64,000 nt of DNA from a virus, in IMG/VR virus record IMGVR_UViG_3300042946_001661, positions 19,589 to 83,588 of that record; one strand, written 5' to 3'. The translations under genes and the position numbers were made by a program. Shown here piece after piece: positions 36,866-46,206 of this stretch. The notes under the pieces were generated by a model that was not told where the DNA came from, made no database searches, and saw only the letters and a list, made by a program, of their open reading frames with translations. Position 1 is the stretch's first letter, and the number at the start of each line of letters is the position of its first letter.

Positions 36866-37342
36866 ATGAAAAATTATTTAAATAAATTTTTTCCGATAGT
36901 TGTTGTTATTTTACTCATCGCTATTCAAAATAAACAAAATTATTATAAAATAGAGAATAAAAAAGAAAATCAAAATATAAACATAAGTGAAACATATTTG
37001 AGCTTAGAAGAAGCCAAAGTTGCATCAAAAGAACTTAAAAAAGATATACTTATAATATTTGAAACAGAATGGTGTGGAACTTGTAGAAAATTTAAAGAAA
37101 GTGTTTTTGATACAAAAGAATTAGAAAAATATATTGTATGTTTTTTAGATATAGATAAAGAAAAAGAATTAGCGGATTCTTATATAGTTAAAAGTTTACC
37201 TTATTATGTAATTGTTAATAGTGATGGCATTGTAAAAAAAAGAGGTAGTGGATATAAGTCAAAAATTATATTTTTAAATTGGCTAAATAATAAGACTTTT
37301 AAAAACAACTTCTCTACTAGGAGCCATATCAATGGAAAATGA
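36866..37342 (+). CDS. membrane-anchored thioredoxin-family protein
   Basis: N-terminal hydrophobic segment; F.TEWCGTC; V.SLP. Confidence 0.85.
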   Translation: MKNYLNKFFPIVVVILLIAIQNKQNYYKIENKKENQNINISETYLSLEEAKVASKELKKDILIIFETEWCGTCRKFKESVFDTKELEKYIVCFLDIDKEKELADSYIVKSLPYYVIVNSDGIVKKRGSGYKSKIIFLNWLNNKTFKNNFSTRSHINGK

Positions 37343-37429
37343 ATAATTTTCTATTGATATTGTTTTTATTATTTCAAAACTCAACTCTATGTTTAGCTGA
37401 TAGTCGCAGCTTGAAACTATTTCAATCAT
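37283..37429 (-). CDS. possible 48 aa protein
   Basis: AGGAG-N7-ATG coupled to the upstream stop; overlaps the thioredoxin 3' end on the other strand. Confidence 0.35.
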   Translation of the reverse strand: MIEIVSSCDYQLNIELSFEIIKTISIENYSFSIDMAPSREVVFKSLII

Positions 37430-38135
37430 TTTTTTCTCCTGTAAATGGTGATTCTTTAAATATTTTAAAATACAACTCTTTAATTCTATCATTGGTTCTT
37501 TCTAAATACAAGATAGGATCTATTTTAAAATTTTTTCTAATGTATTCATAGTCATAATTGTTGTTAATATTTTTATTTAATATTATAAAATATGGATTTA
37601 TTTTTCTAAGATTAAACCAAACGATAATACTTTCTATATTTGCTTTTAAACTTTCTTCATCTATATTTTCAATATTATCTTTTAAAAAGTCTTTAGTATT
37701 ATTTAATTCTTTTTCTAGTTTATATAAATTTGGAAAAGAAACATAAGTATTGACACTATCATTTTTAGTTTTTATTAACCTAATCTTGTATGCCTGCCAT
37801 CTTTTCCAAGCTTTATCCCCACATATACAATTTGCATCAACTACTAATTCTCTATTGTATTTTTGAGATAAATATTTTAATATTATAAGCTGTGCTCTTA
37901 TGTAGTTTTCATAGTTTTTTTCTTCTAGCGGATTTTCTCTTTGTAATTTGTAACAATACCGGAAAATTGTAAGACTTCTTGGATCTTTATTTTCATTAAA
38001 TTTACCATGACGCATATCAGGAAATATTTTTCTTATATTTATAATCCAATAATAATAAAGAGTCAACGCTCTTATTTCTTGTTTATCTTCTATATTATAT
38101 TTTTTAATTATATTAAAAATATAGTTTTCAGACAT
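37422..38135 (-). CDS. hypothetical protein (weak resemblance to gp59 helicase loader)
   Basis: 237 aa, helical and basic, in replication cluster; function is a guess. Confidence 0.55.
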   Translation of the reverse strand: MSENYIFNIIKKYNIEDKQEIRALTLYYYWIINIRKIFPDMRHGKFNENKDPRSLTIFRYCYKLQRENPLEEKNYENYIRAQLIILKYLSQKYNRELVVDANCICGDKAWKRWQAYKIRLIKTKNDSVNTYVSFPNLYKLEKELNNTKDFLKDNIENIDEESLKANIESIIVWFNLRKINPYFIILNKNINNNYDYEYIRKNFKIDPILYLERTNDRIKELYFKIFKESPFTGEKND

Positions 38136-38140
38136 AAACT

Positions 38141-38169
38141 ATCATAGCAAAGAAAAAAACTTTTTACAA
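38141..38169 (-). promoter_or_regulatory. sigma70-type promoter TTGTAA-N17-TATGAT with TGn, leaderless position
   Basis: -10 box ends 5 nt before ATG 38135. Confidence 0.65.
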
Positions 38170-38209
38170 TATTGCTGAAAGTTGAAAAATTCACTATATT
38201 AGTAGCAAC

Positions 38210-39493
38210 ATGCCTAAAAAAGAATCAGTAGAAATAATTTGGCTTAAAGAAAGAATAAGCCGAATAGCCTATGGAGAAAAAACAGACGTAGGCATAAGAC
38301 CAAACATTTCAAAAAAATTATTAATAAAAAATAATAAACTTCTAATTAGAAGACTTCCAAATAAAAAAATTCTAGAGCATGTGGAGAATAAAAACACAGT
38401 ATATTATTATGGGAATGGAAAAACTAATAGCGAAGAAACATTAGTGATGATAGATGTAGATGTTCAAAAAAAGAATAATTTAGGAAGTACTCAAGGTGCT
38501 TTAGATTTCATAAATCACTTAAAAACAAAGTTTCCAAAATTATATTATGAATCATCAACAAATGGAAAAGGTATTCATGCATATTTTATACTAAAAAAAC
38601 CAAACATCAGTGCAAGAACAGTCAATAAAACACTTAAAAATTTTGAAAATTGGCTTAAAAAAGAAGCGGAAGAGACGAAAGCAGATATTGAAATAGTAGA
38701 AATAAAAGGATTGTGTCCCGAAATATTATATAAAGAAAATAAAATAACAAATATAAAATATGGAACTCTTGCAAAAATTCCAAGAAATCTTAATGTATTA
38801 TCTTCTATGGATAATCAATTTTTATCTATAAAAGATATAGAAAAAGAATACAGTGTTGAAATAAAGATTAAAAATAAAAAAGAAGGAAGCATATCAAACA
38901 AACTATTTTCGGAAGAAGATATTAAAAAATTAGATAAATATAAAGAGATATTCAAAGATCTTACCGATAATCATAAATTAAAAGCAAGGAATCATGTAGT
39001 TACAGAAGATGATTTTGCTATAGCACTATTAATACTTCTTTTTATAAATAAAAATCCTAATAAAGATGGATCTATACCTACAGAAAGAGTTAAACAATTA
39101 TGGATAAGTTTATTTAAATTTAATAATGTTAAAAGAAACTGGAATCATCATAGATGGAAGGTAATTAGAGATTTATTATCTATGAAAAACTTAATTGATT
39201 GGACTGATAACAAGTATGAATTTGGTAACAAATTAAACAATCAAAAAGGAGTAGCATGTAAATGGAGTTTATCAAATAAATTGCTTAGAAAAGTAAATAA
39301 CCTAGTGTCAGACGCCCATGATGCCCAAAAGACAGAGAGAGCATCCTTGATGGACACTAATATTACAATAATAGATAAAACAAAAGAAGATAATAGGTAT
39401 TTAACACCTATTTTGAGATTTTTAAGAACAATTAATTATGAAGATATGCTTACAAGGATGTTTTCTAGAATGGAAACACTGTGTACAGTTTAA
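38210..39493 (+). CDS. archaeo-eukaryotic primase (AEP/prim-pol)-like protein
   Basis: Motif I VMIDVD, motif II SSTNGKGIHAY, acidic motif DIEIVE. Confidence 0.6.
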   Translation: MPKKESVEIIWLKERISRIAYGEKTDVGIRPNISKKLLIKNNKLLIRRLPNKKILEHVENKNTVYYYGNGKTNSEETLVMIDVDVQKKNNLGSTQGALDFINHLKTKFPKLYYESSTNGKGIHAYFILKKPNISARTVNKTLKNFENWLKKEAEETKADIEIVEIKGLCPEILYKENKITNIKYGTLAKIPRNLNVLSSMDNQFLSIKDIEKEYSVEIKIKNKKEGSISNKLFSEEDIKKLDKYKEIFKDLTDNHKLKARNHVVTEDDFAIALLILLFINKNPNKDGSIPTERVKQLWISLFKFNNVKRNWNHHRWKVIRDLLSMKNLIDWTDNKYEFGNKLNNQKGVACKWSLSNKLLRKVNNLVSDAHDAQKTERASLMDTNITIIDKTKEDNRYLTPILRFLRTINYEDMLTRMFSRMETLCTV

Positions 39494-39544
39494 TTTTAAC
39501 AGAACAATTTGTTTCAGACCGAAAATCTTGTATAGTTTAAAACA

Positions 39545-40837
39545 ATGTTAGAAGAAGAACTATTAAAGTATTTATCCGAGATATCCTCAGATAACACTAT
39601 TTATATAAAAACAGACCCAGAATACATAGACTTTACAGATAAAAATTTTCAATTTAATATAGAAATATATTCAAGAAGTAAAAAGCTTACAAAACTAGTG
39701 GACAACAGTAATTTCGATACACTTAACAGCATTTTGAAAGTTGCGTTATTTTTAAATAATAAAAAAATAATAACTTGGAATATAAAAAATTACTTTAGTT
39801 ACTATAAAAACAAAACAGGTAAAGATTTAGACACTGAGTGTCAGATATTGGATTTAAAAATACTGGAAAGATTATGTGGTATTTATTCTGAAAAGGCTCC
39901 CATCTCTTTTAAAGAGGCTATAGAGAGGTTTTCTGTGATATACCCATCTAAGTGGAGTAGAATAAGCAATTTGTATAAAGAAATTTACTGTCCTTTATTT
40001 TTAAAAGTTATTCCATCGATAGAAAACAAAGGAATAGTAGACATAGAAGAAAGAAATATAAAATACTGTTACTACGAGATAGAAGGGCAAGAGAACGGTA
40101 GGTTAAGTTCTTTTAATTGTTTTAAAAATGGATTTATGCCATTAAATTTAAAAAAAGAAGATAAACAAAAATATAGACCGTTAAATCAAGATGATTTATT
40201 TTTACTTTTCGATTACAAAAATATGGAAGTCAGTGTTTTAGAATATTTAACTAAAGACAAGGCTTTGAAAGATGTTTTAAATGAAGGGGATGATTTTTAT
40301 GAATCTTTGTATAAAAAGATAATAAACCCTAATAATTTCGATCAAGAAAAAAGAAAAAAAATGAAAATGATTTTTTTACCTTTCATATATGGAGCTGGAA
40401 TTAAAAAAATCAGCGAATCATGTAAAATAGAATCTTCTAAGGTTGAAGTTATTACAAAAAGAATAAAAGAAACATTCCCAAAAACTTTTACATGGTTGGA
40501 TAATTTTTCTAAAAATAATCAAGATGGGTATTATATAAATACTTTTGGAAAAATAAGAAAAATTGATCAATCCTACAAAAGTATTAATTTTATAGTACAG
40601 TCTACTGCAAGCATATTCTGCTTAGATAAACTCATAGATTTATATTATGTTTATAAAAAGTCTATGTGTTTTTATGTTCACGATGCTTATTGTTTATATT
40701 CAAGTAAAAAAGAACTTGAATCAAACATAGAAATGATTAAAAATATCCTTTTACAAGATAGCAAGTTTTTGAATAATATTCATTTAAGTGTTAGTTGTAA
40801 ATACGGAGAAAATTTGAATGAAATGAAAGAATTTTAA
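39545..40837 (+). CDS. divergent family A DNA polymerase-like protein
   Basis: GRLSS, motif A FDYKNMEV, motif B RKKMK...L..IYG, N..VQSTA, motif C VHDA. Confidence 0.8.
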   Translation: MLEEELLKYLSEISSDNTIYIKTDPEYIDFTDKNFQFNIEIYSRSKKLTKLVDNSNFDTLNSILKVALFLNNKKIITWNIKNYFSYYKNKTGKDLDTECQILDLKILERLCGIYSEKAPISFKEAIERFSVIYPSKWSRISNLYKEIYCPLFLKVIPSIENKGIVDIEERNIKYCYYEIEGQENGRLSSFNCFKNGFMPLNLKKEDKQKYRPLNQDDLFLLFDYKNMEVSVLEYLTKDKALKDVLNEGDDFYESLYKKIINPNNFDQEKRKKMKMIFLPFIYGAGIKKISESCKIESSKVEVITKRIKETFPKTFTWLDNFSKNNQDGYYINTFGKIRKIDQSYKSINFIVQSTASIFCLDKLIDLYYVYKKSMCFYVHDAYCLYSSKKELESNIEMIKNILLQDSKFLNNIHLSVSCKYGENLNEMKEF

Positions 40838-40848
40838 AAGGAGAAAAA

Positions 40849-41406
40849 ATGAAAGATATTTGCAATAACTTCCCAATAACAAACATAGAGTATTATGAAT
40901 TAAATAAGAAGTTTGGAAAATTATGTTACTACGCAGCACATCAATTAAAGAAAAAAAATTCTAGGAACAACGTAGCAGAAGATATTGAAGATATTAATCA
41001 AGAATTACAAATGTCAATTATAAGAGCTGGATCATATTATAAAAGACAAGTCTATATAGAAAAATGTATTAAATTAAGTAAAATTTATGTTAAAAGTTTA
41101 TTCGCTAGTAAGGTCGTGGAAAGCTTAGATACTTTGTGGGAAAATAGAACCAAGCATGGAGCGAATAGACAGAAATTCGGTGATTATCAAGAATTTATAT
41201 TAGAAAAAATAGTAAAAGACTGCATCCCAGAAGAAAACAGACCTAATAAAGAAGATGTTTTAAAAATTGACTGTAAATTTTCCACATACTGTAAAGCTAT
41301 TGTTTGGAATGGTCAAAAATCTATGGGTAAAAAAATAACTAAAGAAAAAAACATAAGATCCGGTCTATGTAGCTTGAGTGAGTATGATTATTTGGTTACT
41401 GGTTGA
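40849..41406 (+). CDS. sigma70 region-2-like protein (candidate gp55-like late sigma factor)
   Basis: EDINQELQMSIIRA and KFSTYCKAIVWN resemble regions 2.2 and 2.3; no region 4. Confidence 0.5.
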   Translation: MKDICNNFPITNIEYYELNKKFGKLCYYAAHQLKKKNSRNNVAEDIEDINQELQMSIIRAGSYYKRQVYIEKCIKLSKIYVKSLFASKVVESLDTLWENRTKHGANRQKFGDYQEFILEKIVKDCIPEENRPNKEDVLKIDCKFSTYCKAIVWNGQKSMGKKITKEKNIRSGLCSLSEYDYLVTG

Positions 41407-41457
41407 TAAAAATTCCTTTTTGCTATAGAATAGCCTAAACACTTAAAATAAAGCAAA

Positions 41458-43026
41458 ATGACAGAACTCACAAAAGATGAACAAAATCGCTTGGCTCAGA
41501 TTATTTCTGAAGAAGATAATAATCAAATATCAAAGTTTAGTTGGGACGACAGCTTCCAAACCAGATTAGTTGGAATGCTTTTGACGGATAGATATTTTTT
41601 AGTTCAATCTCTTGATAAAGTAAAACCAAATTACTTTTCTAAAGAAATACATGTTCAAATAGTTAACTTTCTTTATTCATATTTTGATAAGTATAAAACT
41701 TTACCTGAAAAATGGTTCTTAAAGGAAGAAATTTCCAAAGAATATAAAGACAGAGCAGCAGAAATTCAAATAGCGTCACTTGCTGAAATTGAAAAAGTGT
41801 ACGACTTCTATATCCCAGGAGTAGACACGAGAGAAGCACTAATAGATAAAATAACTTATTTTGCAAAGGTTCAATCTGTTAAAATCGCATTTCATAAATG
41901 TTTGGATAAAATGACTAAAGCCCCTGAAGATGAGGCTACTTGGAATTATATTTATGATCAAATGAGACAGACAATGCTCATAGATAGAAATTATGAGCCT
42001 GGATTTGAATATTTTAAAAATATCGAAGAAATGTTTGAAAGGATGAAAAAAACATATGAAGGTGTGGATACCTTCACAACAGGCTTTGCTGGCATAGATG
42101 ATGCTTTAACTGGAGGTGGCTTACAAATAGGAAATATCGGAGCTTGGATAGCACTCCCAGGTACAGGTAAATCTCTTGCTATGTGTCGAGCTTCTGTTGA
42201 AAATGTAAAAAGGGGAAAAAAGGTTCTCTACATAACAATGGAGATGGACGAGCTAGGAATAAGCCAGAGATTTACAAGCCAATGGGTTAAATGTGATATT
42301 AATGATTTAATGAGCAACAAGCAAAGAATTATAAGTCATGTAGAAGCTTTTAAAGAAGATAAATTAGATTCTAATATGCTTATAGTAAAACAATTTCCAG
42401 GCGGAACAATGGACGTCAATGGAATCAAAGCATACTATGCTCAATTAGTAATGAGAGGATTCAAACCAGATTTACTTGTTGTTGATTATGTTGGCGAAAT
42501 GAAAGATGACCCTAGCTTACAAAAATATGAAAGTGCATATAGAATATTAAGAGATTTAAGAGCATTTGGTATAGAACAAAAACACTGCACAATAACATGT
42601 GTTCAGCCAAACTCAAGTGCGAGCAAGCTTGACCAAGGGCAATATATTGATGAAAGTAACATAGGAACAAGCTTTGATCAGTTTAAACCTTTAGATTGTT
42701 TCTGGAGCATCAATCAACAACCAATTGAAAAAGATGCAGGTGTAGCTAGATTGTTTGTTATAAAACATAGAAATGGAAAAAGCCGTTTTCCATTATATGT
42801 TAATTTTGATTATGAAATGGGAACTCTGGATATAAATGAAATAAGCCACGAGTCATATAAACAAAAAATGAACCTTGTAAATCAAAAGAAATCTGATACA
42901 ATAATGGACAACAAAGATTCTATTACAAAAGATTCAAATAGTAAAGGTAAAGGTAAAGGTAAAAAAGGAAAAAGTAAAATTCTTTTTGACCCAACAGATG
43001 AATCTAACATTGACACATTTGAATAA
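41458..43026 (+). CDS. replicative DnaB/gp41-like helicase
   Basis: TTGF..ID..L.GG, PGTGKS, YITMEM, VVDY, Q, KHRNG. Confidence 0.92.
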   Translation: MTELTKDEQNRLAQIISEEDNNQISKFSWDDSFQTRLVGMLLTDRYFLVQSLDKVKPNYFSKEIHVQIVNFLYSYFDKYKTLPEKWFLKEEISKEYKDRAAEIQIASLAEIEKVYDFYIPGVDTREALIDKITYFAKVQSVKIAFHKCLDKMTKAPEDEATWNYIYDQMRQTMLIDRNYEPGFEYFKNIEEMFERMKKTYEGVDTFTTGFAGIDDALTGGGLQIGNIGAWIALPGTGKSLAMCRASVENVKRGKKVLYITMEMDELGISQRFTSQWVKCDINDLMSNKQRIISHVEAFKEDKLDSNMLIVKQFPGGTMDVNGIKAYYAQLVMRGFKPDLLVVDYVGEMKDDPSLQKYESAYRILRDLRAFGIEQKHCTITCVQPNSSASKLDQGQYIDESNIGTSFDQFKPLDCFWSINQQPIEKDAGVARLFVIKHRNGKSRFPLYVNFDYEMGTLDINEISHESYKQKMNLVNQKKSDTIMDNKDSITKDSNSKGKGKGKKGKSKILFDPTDESNIDTFE

Positions 43027-43038
43027 AAAGGAAAAACT

Positions 43039-43509
43039 ATGAACGCACCAATTGATGTTGTTAAAGTTAATGTTAATGGTAAAGAGGTAACTCTTGATGC
43101 AAAAAATATGGAATTTTCAGATAATACTCTTAATGAGTATATGGAAAATGAGTACGGATGGGTAGATTATTTTGGAAAACAATTAGAACACGCTCAGAAA
43201 GAAAGATTAGATGCGGAAATAGATGCAGAAGCTATTTTTAGTCAAAAATATATAGAGGCTAAAGACGAGGGCGGAACAGAGCAATATGCAAAAGCAAAAG
43301 CTAATGCTAATCCAGATGTTATTTCTGCAAAGAAAAAAGTTGTTGAACTGATAGAAGTTGTAGGACAAATAAAAGCTCATCTAAAGGCGTGGGATAGAAA
43401 TCATGATAATGCTCAAAATCGTGGTTATACCCTAAGAAAAGAAATAGATAAGCTTAACAAAGATGTTTATAAAATGTCTGATATTGATCGTTTTGTATCT
43501 GAGGCATGA
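43039..43509 (+). CDS. UvsY-like recombination mediator
   Basis: Coiled-coil protein ending KAW....DNA.NRG..LRKE; gene context. Confidence 0.5.
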   Translation: MNAPIDVVKVNVNGKEVTLDAKNMEFSDNTLNEYMENEYGWVDYFGKQLEHAQKERLDAEIDAEAIFSQKYIEAKDEGGTEQYAKAKANANPDVISAKKKVVELIEVVGQIKAHLKAWDRNHDNAQNRGYTLRKEIDKLNKDVYKMSDIDRFVSEA

Positions 43510-44087
43510 CCATGATCTATAAGATAGACCCAGACAATTGTACAGATTTCAGTCTAGATAAAAATGGATTAGAGCTCCATATTTTATTCTGGATATTTGC
43601 AGCTGGAAAGAATGGACACACAGCATCAAGGTGCTTAAACAACATTCTTCAAGAGTATAGTAGAAAAACAAATTTAGAAAGTCCGTTTGATATTTTTAAA
43701 AATATAGAAGATTTGCCTCAAGAGTTAAAGAAATTTGGAGTAGGTTGCTTTAACAATAAAAGTAAGTGTGTAAAAAATTTAATAAGTAAAAATTTTGATT
43801 TATCAAAATGTACTATCGAAGATTTAGAAAGTGTTTGGGGGCTTGGACCAAAAAGTGTTAGGTGCTTCTTGATACACACGAGAAAAAATCAACAGCTTGC
43901 CGGTCTAGATAGACATGTTTTAAGATATCTATCAGAACTAGGTTATAAAGTTCCTAAGTCTACTCCCAATAAAAAACAATATTTAGAAATTGAAAAAATA
44001 TTTATTGAATTGGCAAAAAGTGTCGGTAAGACCATAAGTGAATTTGATTTAGAAATATGGACGAAATACAGAAAAAAGACCGCATGA
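43506..44087 (+). CDS. HhH-GPD DNA glycosylase (OGG2-like)
   Basis: L..V.GLGPK, LDRHVLR.L, Y.EIE..F, D..IW. Confidence 0.75.
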   Translation: MTMIYKIDPDNCTDFSLDKNGLELHILFWIFAAGKNGHTASRCLNNILQEYSRKTNLESPFDIFKNIEDLPQELKKFGVGCFNNKSKCVKNLISKNFDLSKCTIEDLESVWGLGPKSVRCFLIHTRKNQQLAGLDRHVLRYLSELGYKVPKSTPNKKQYLEIEKIFIELAKSVGKTISEFDLEIWTKYRKKTA

Positions 44088-44524
44088 AACCCAGAGATGT
44101 TCCAAGCTGGGACGAATATTTTTTAGATTTATGTAAAGTAGTAAGTACTAGAAGTAAAGATCCATCTACACAACATGGATCTGTAATAGTGGATAATCAA
44201 AACAGAATTGTAAGTACCGGATACAACGGATCCTCTAGATATATAGATGATAATTATATTGATTGGTCCCGCCCTGCAAAATACCACTTACTCATACACG
44301 CAGAGGAAAATAGCTTGTGGTCAGCAGAAAAAAGAAATTTAGAAGGTTGTATTATTTATGTTACTGGAAAGCCTTGCAGTGGTTGTATGTTGAGGATCTC
44401 ACACAGTGGAATAAAAAGAGTTGTTTACGGAAATAGATCTAGTGTATGTGTTGATGAAAAAGATTGGGAAAGAAGTTTGTATATTGCGAATATCTCAAAT
44501 ATAAAGTTAGAAGAAAGATGTTAG
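44084..44524 (+). CDS. dCMP deaminase
   Basis: WDEYF, RSKDP, TGYNG, HAEEN, PCSGC. Confidence 0.93.
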   Translation: MKPRDVPSWDEYFLDLCKVVSTRSKDPSTQHGSVIVDNQNRIVSTGYNGSSRYIDDNYIDWSRPAKYHLLIHAEENSLWSAEKRNLEGCIIYVTGKPCSGCMLRISHSGIKRVVYGNRSSVCVDEKDWERSLYIANISNIKLEERC

Positions 44525-45120
44525 ACTTACTAGAAAATGATCTAAAAAAATCTTTAATTACAACTAAAGTATTAACAAGTAATTTTAAATTTATTGATGA
44601 GGCGAGCAAAAAAAGCCACGCTTATAACGATAGTTTATATATACCTTTTTATTACCATCTTGGAAAATATTTAACACCCACTTCACTAATAGAAATTGGT
44701 GTTGATTTAGGTTTTATAAGTAGTTGTTTTTTAAAATCTTGTAAAACTGTAGAATATTGTTTTGGGTTTCAATCCAAAACAGAAATAAATTGGGATAAAA
44801 GTTTATATTTTTCAAATATTAAAAAAAATTATAAAAAGAAGATAGAAACATATTATGGAGATTTTCTTGATAAGTCTTTTTTAGAAAATGTAGAAAATAA
44901 AAAATTTGATATTGCTATTATAAGCATAAAAGACAATTACGATAAACTTTTTGCTCTTTGTGATTTTATATATTTAAATTTAAACAAAAATGGATATATG
45001 GTTTTTGATCACATAAAAAACAATAAAAGTAAAGAAATATTTTTTAATATTGCAAATGGATATAAAAAAGAATATAAAGTGTTTGAAACAAGAAACGGAA
45101 CAGGAGTTATAAAAAAATAA
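44518..45120 (+). CDS. SAM methyltransferase-like protein
   Basis: LIEIGVDLG, FD.AII, L...GYMVFD, RNGTG. Confidence 0.55.
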   Translation: MLDLLENDLKKSLITTKVLTSNFKFIDEASKKSHAYNDSLYIPFYYHLGKYLTPTSLIEIGVDLGFISSCFLKSCKTVEYCFGFQSKTEINWDKSLYFSNIKKNYKKKIETYYGDFLDKSFLENVENKKFDIAIISIKDNYDKLFALCDFIYLNLNKNGYMVFDHIKNNKSKEIFFNIANGYKKEYKVFETRNGTGVIKK

Positions 45121-45773
45121 TGGGATATGAAATAACTTTTTACTACAAGGAAAAAGACAAGGAAACCGGAGAATACAACGAATCAGGAACTTTTAAGAAA
45201 AGGGTTGGAGATCCTTATGAAGATACTCCAATTGAAAATTTAGCAAGTGTTATTTTACGACAATTAGCAAGAAGAGATGTTTTCGTAGAAAATGTTGAAA
45301 TATTTGAAATAACAAAGAAAAAAATAAATTTTAAAGAATCAAAAAGCGGAATAGTAATAAAAAATAAAAAATTTGGATTAGATGATTCTTTTGAAGTAAA
45401 GGCAGAAAGTGAGGATGCTCCTACTATTAATAATGTTGTTGAAATAGAAACTTTTACCAATAATGCTCCCCGCATACCTATTAGGAAAATGGCATATGTC
45501 CCAGAGCCTCAACAACATATAAAATTATTGAAATCTGGAGTTAAATTAACACCAAATAAGTCTTATGATATATTTAAAATTCAAAAACATCCAACCATTG
45601 ATACAATGGAAGTTTATCGTATAGTAGATGATAATGGAAAAGAAAAAGACGTTTCAGATGAGTGTTTTGTTCCAAATGCTCAATTGGAAGCTGACACAAA
45701 CGATTTTGGACTAAGCGATGATGGCTTAAATTGGAACGGTGCCATAAACACGAACATTCCTTCAATAAGGTGA
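45120..45773 (+). CDS. hypothetical protein
   Basis: 217 aa coupled ORF. Confidence 0.65.
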   Translation: MGYEITFYYKEKDKETGEYNESGTFKKRVGDPYEDTPIENLASVILRQLARRDVFVENVEIFEITKKKINFKESKSGIVIKNKKFGLDDSFEVKAESEDAPTINNVVEIETFTNNAPRIPIRKMAYVPEPQQHIKLLKSGVKLTPNKSYDIFKIQKHPTIDTMEVYRIVDDNGKEKDVSDECFVPNAQLEADTNDFGLSDDGLNWNGAINTNIPSIR

Positions 45774-45778
45774 TAAAA

Positions 45779-46153
45779 ATGACAACCAAAAAACAAAAAG
45801 ATAGAAAAAAACAAAAAAGAAAAAATATTGCAAAAATTAGAGTTTTAGCAAGAAGAAAACAGTTGAGAGAAACTCTTAAAAAAGAAAGACAAGATCAATT
45901 AAGATTTGAAACTGAATATGAATTAAAAAATGGTAAAGAACAGCCTTTTGTTAAAAATATAGACCCAGAGAAAGAGAGAATTAAAAATGAAAACATAAAG
46001 AAAAAACTAGAGCATAACATGAAGATTGTCGAAGCTCTCGAACAGGAATATTTAGCCGAGGAGCAAAAAAGACTTGAGGCTCAAGAAAAATTAAACAAAA
46101 AAGAAGAAAATTTGGAAAAAAAATCAGAAAACGATATTGATTCAGAAAAATAG
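45779..46153 (+). CDS. basic coiled-coil hypothetical protein
   Basis: AGGTG SD before 45779. Confidence 0.6.
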   Translation: MTTKKQKDRKKQKRKNIAKIRVLARRKQLRETLKKERQDQLRFETEYELKNGKEQPFVKNIDPEKERIKNENIKKKLEHNMKIVEALEQEYLAEEQKRLEAQEKLNKKEENLEKKSENDIDSEK

Positions 46154-46164
46154 TTTTGTATAAT
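46137..46164 (+). promoter_or_regulatory. sigma70-type promoter TTGATT-N16-TATAAT
   Basis: Upstream of the SSB gene. Confidence 0.6.
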
Positions 46165-46206
46165 GTAAGTATTAGGGTGTTACCAGCTAAACTAGGAGAT
46201 TTAAAA

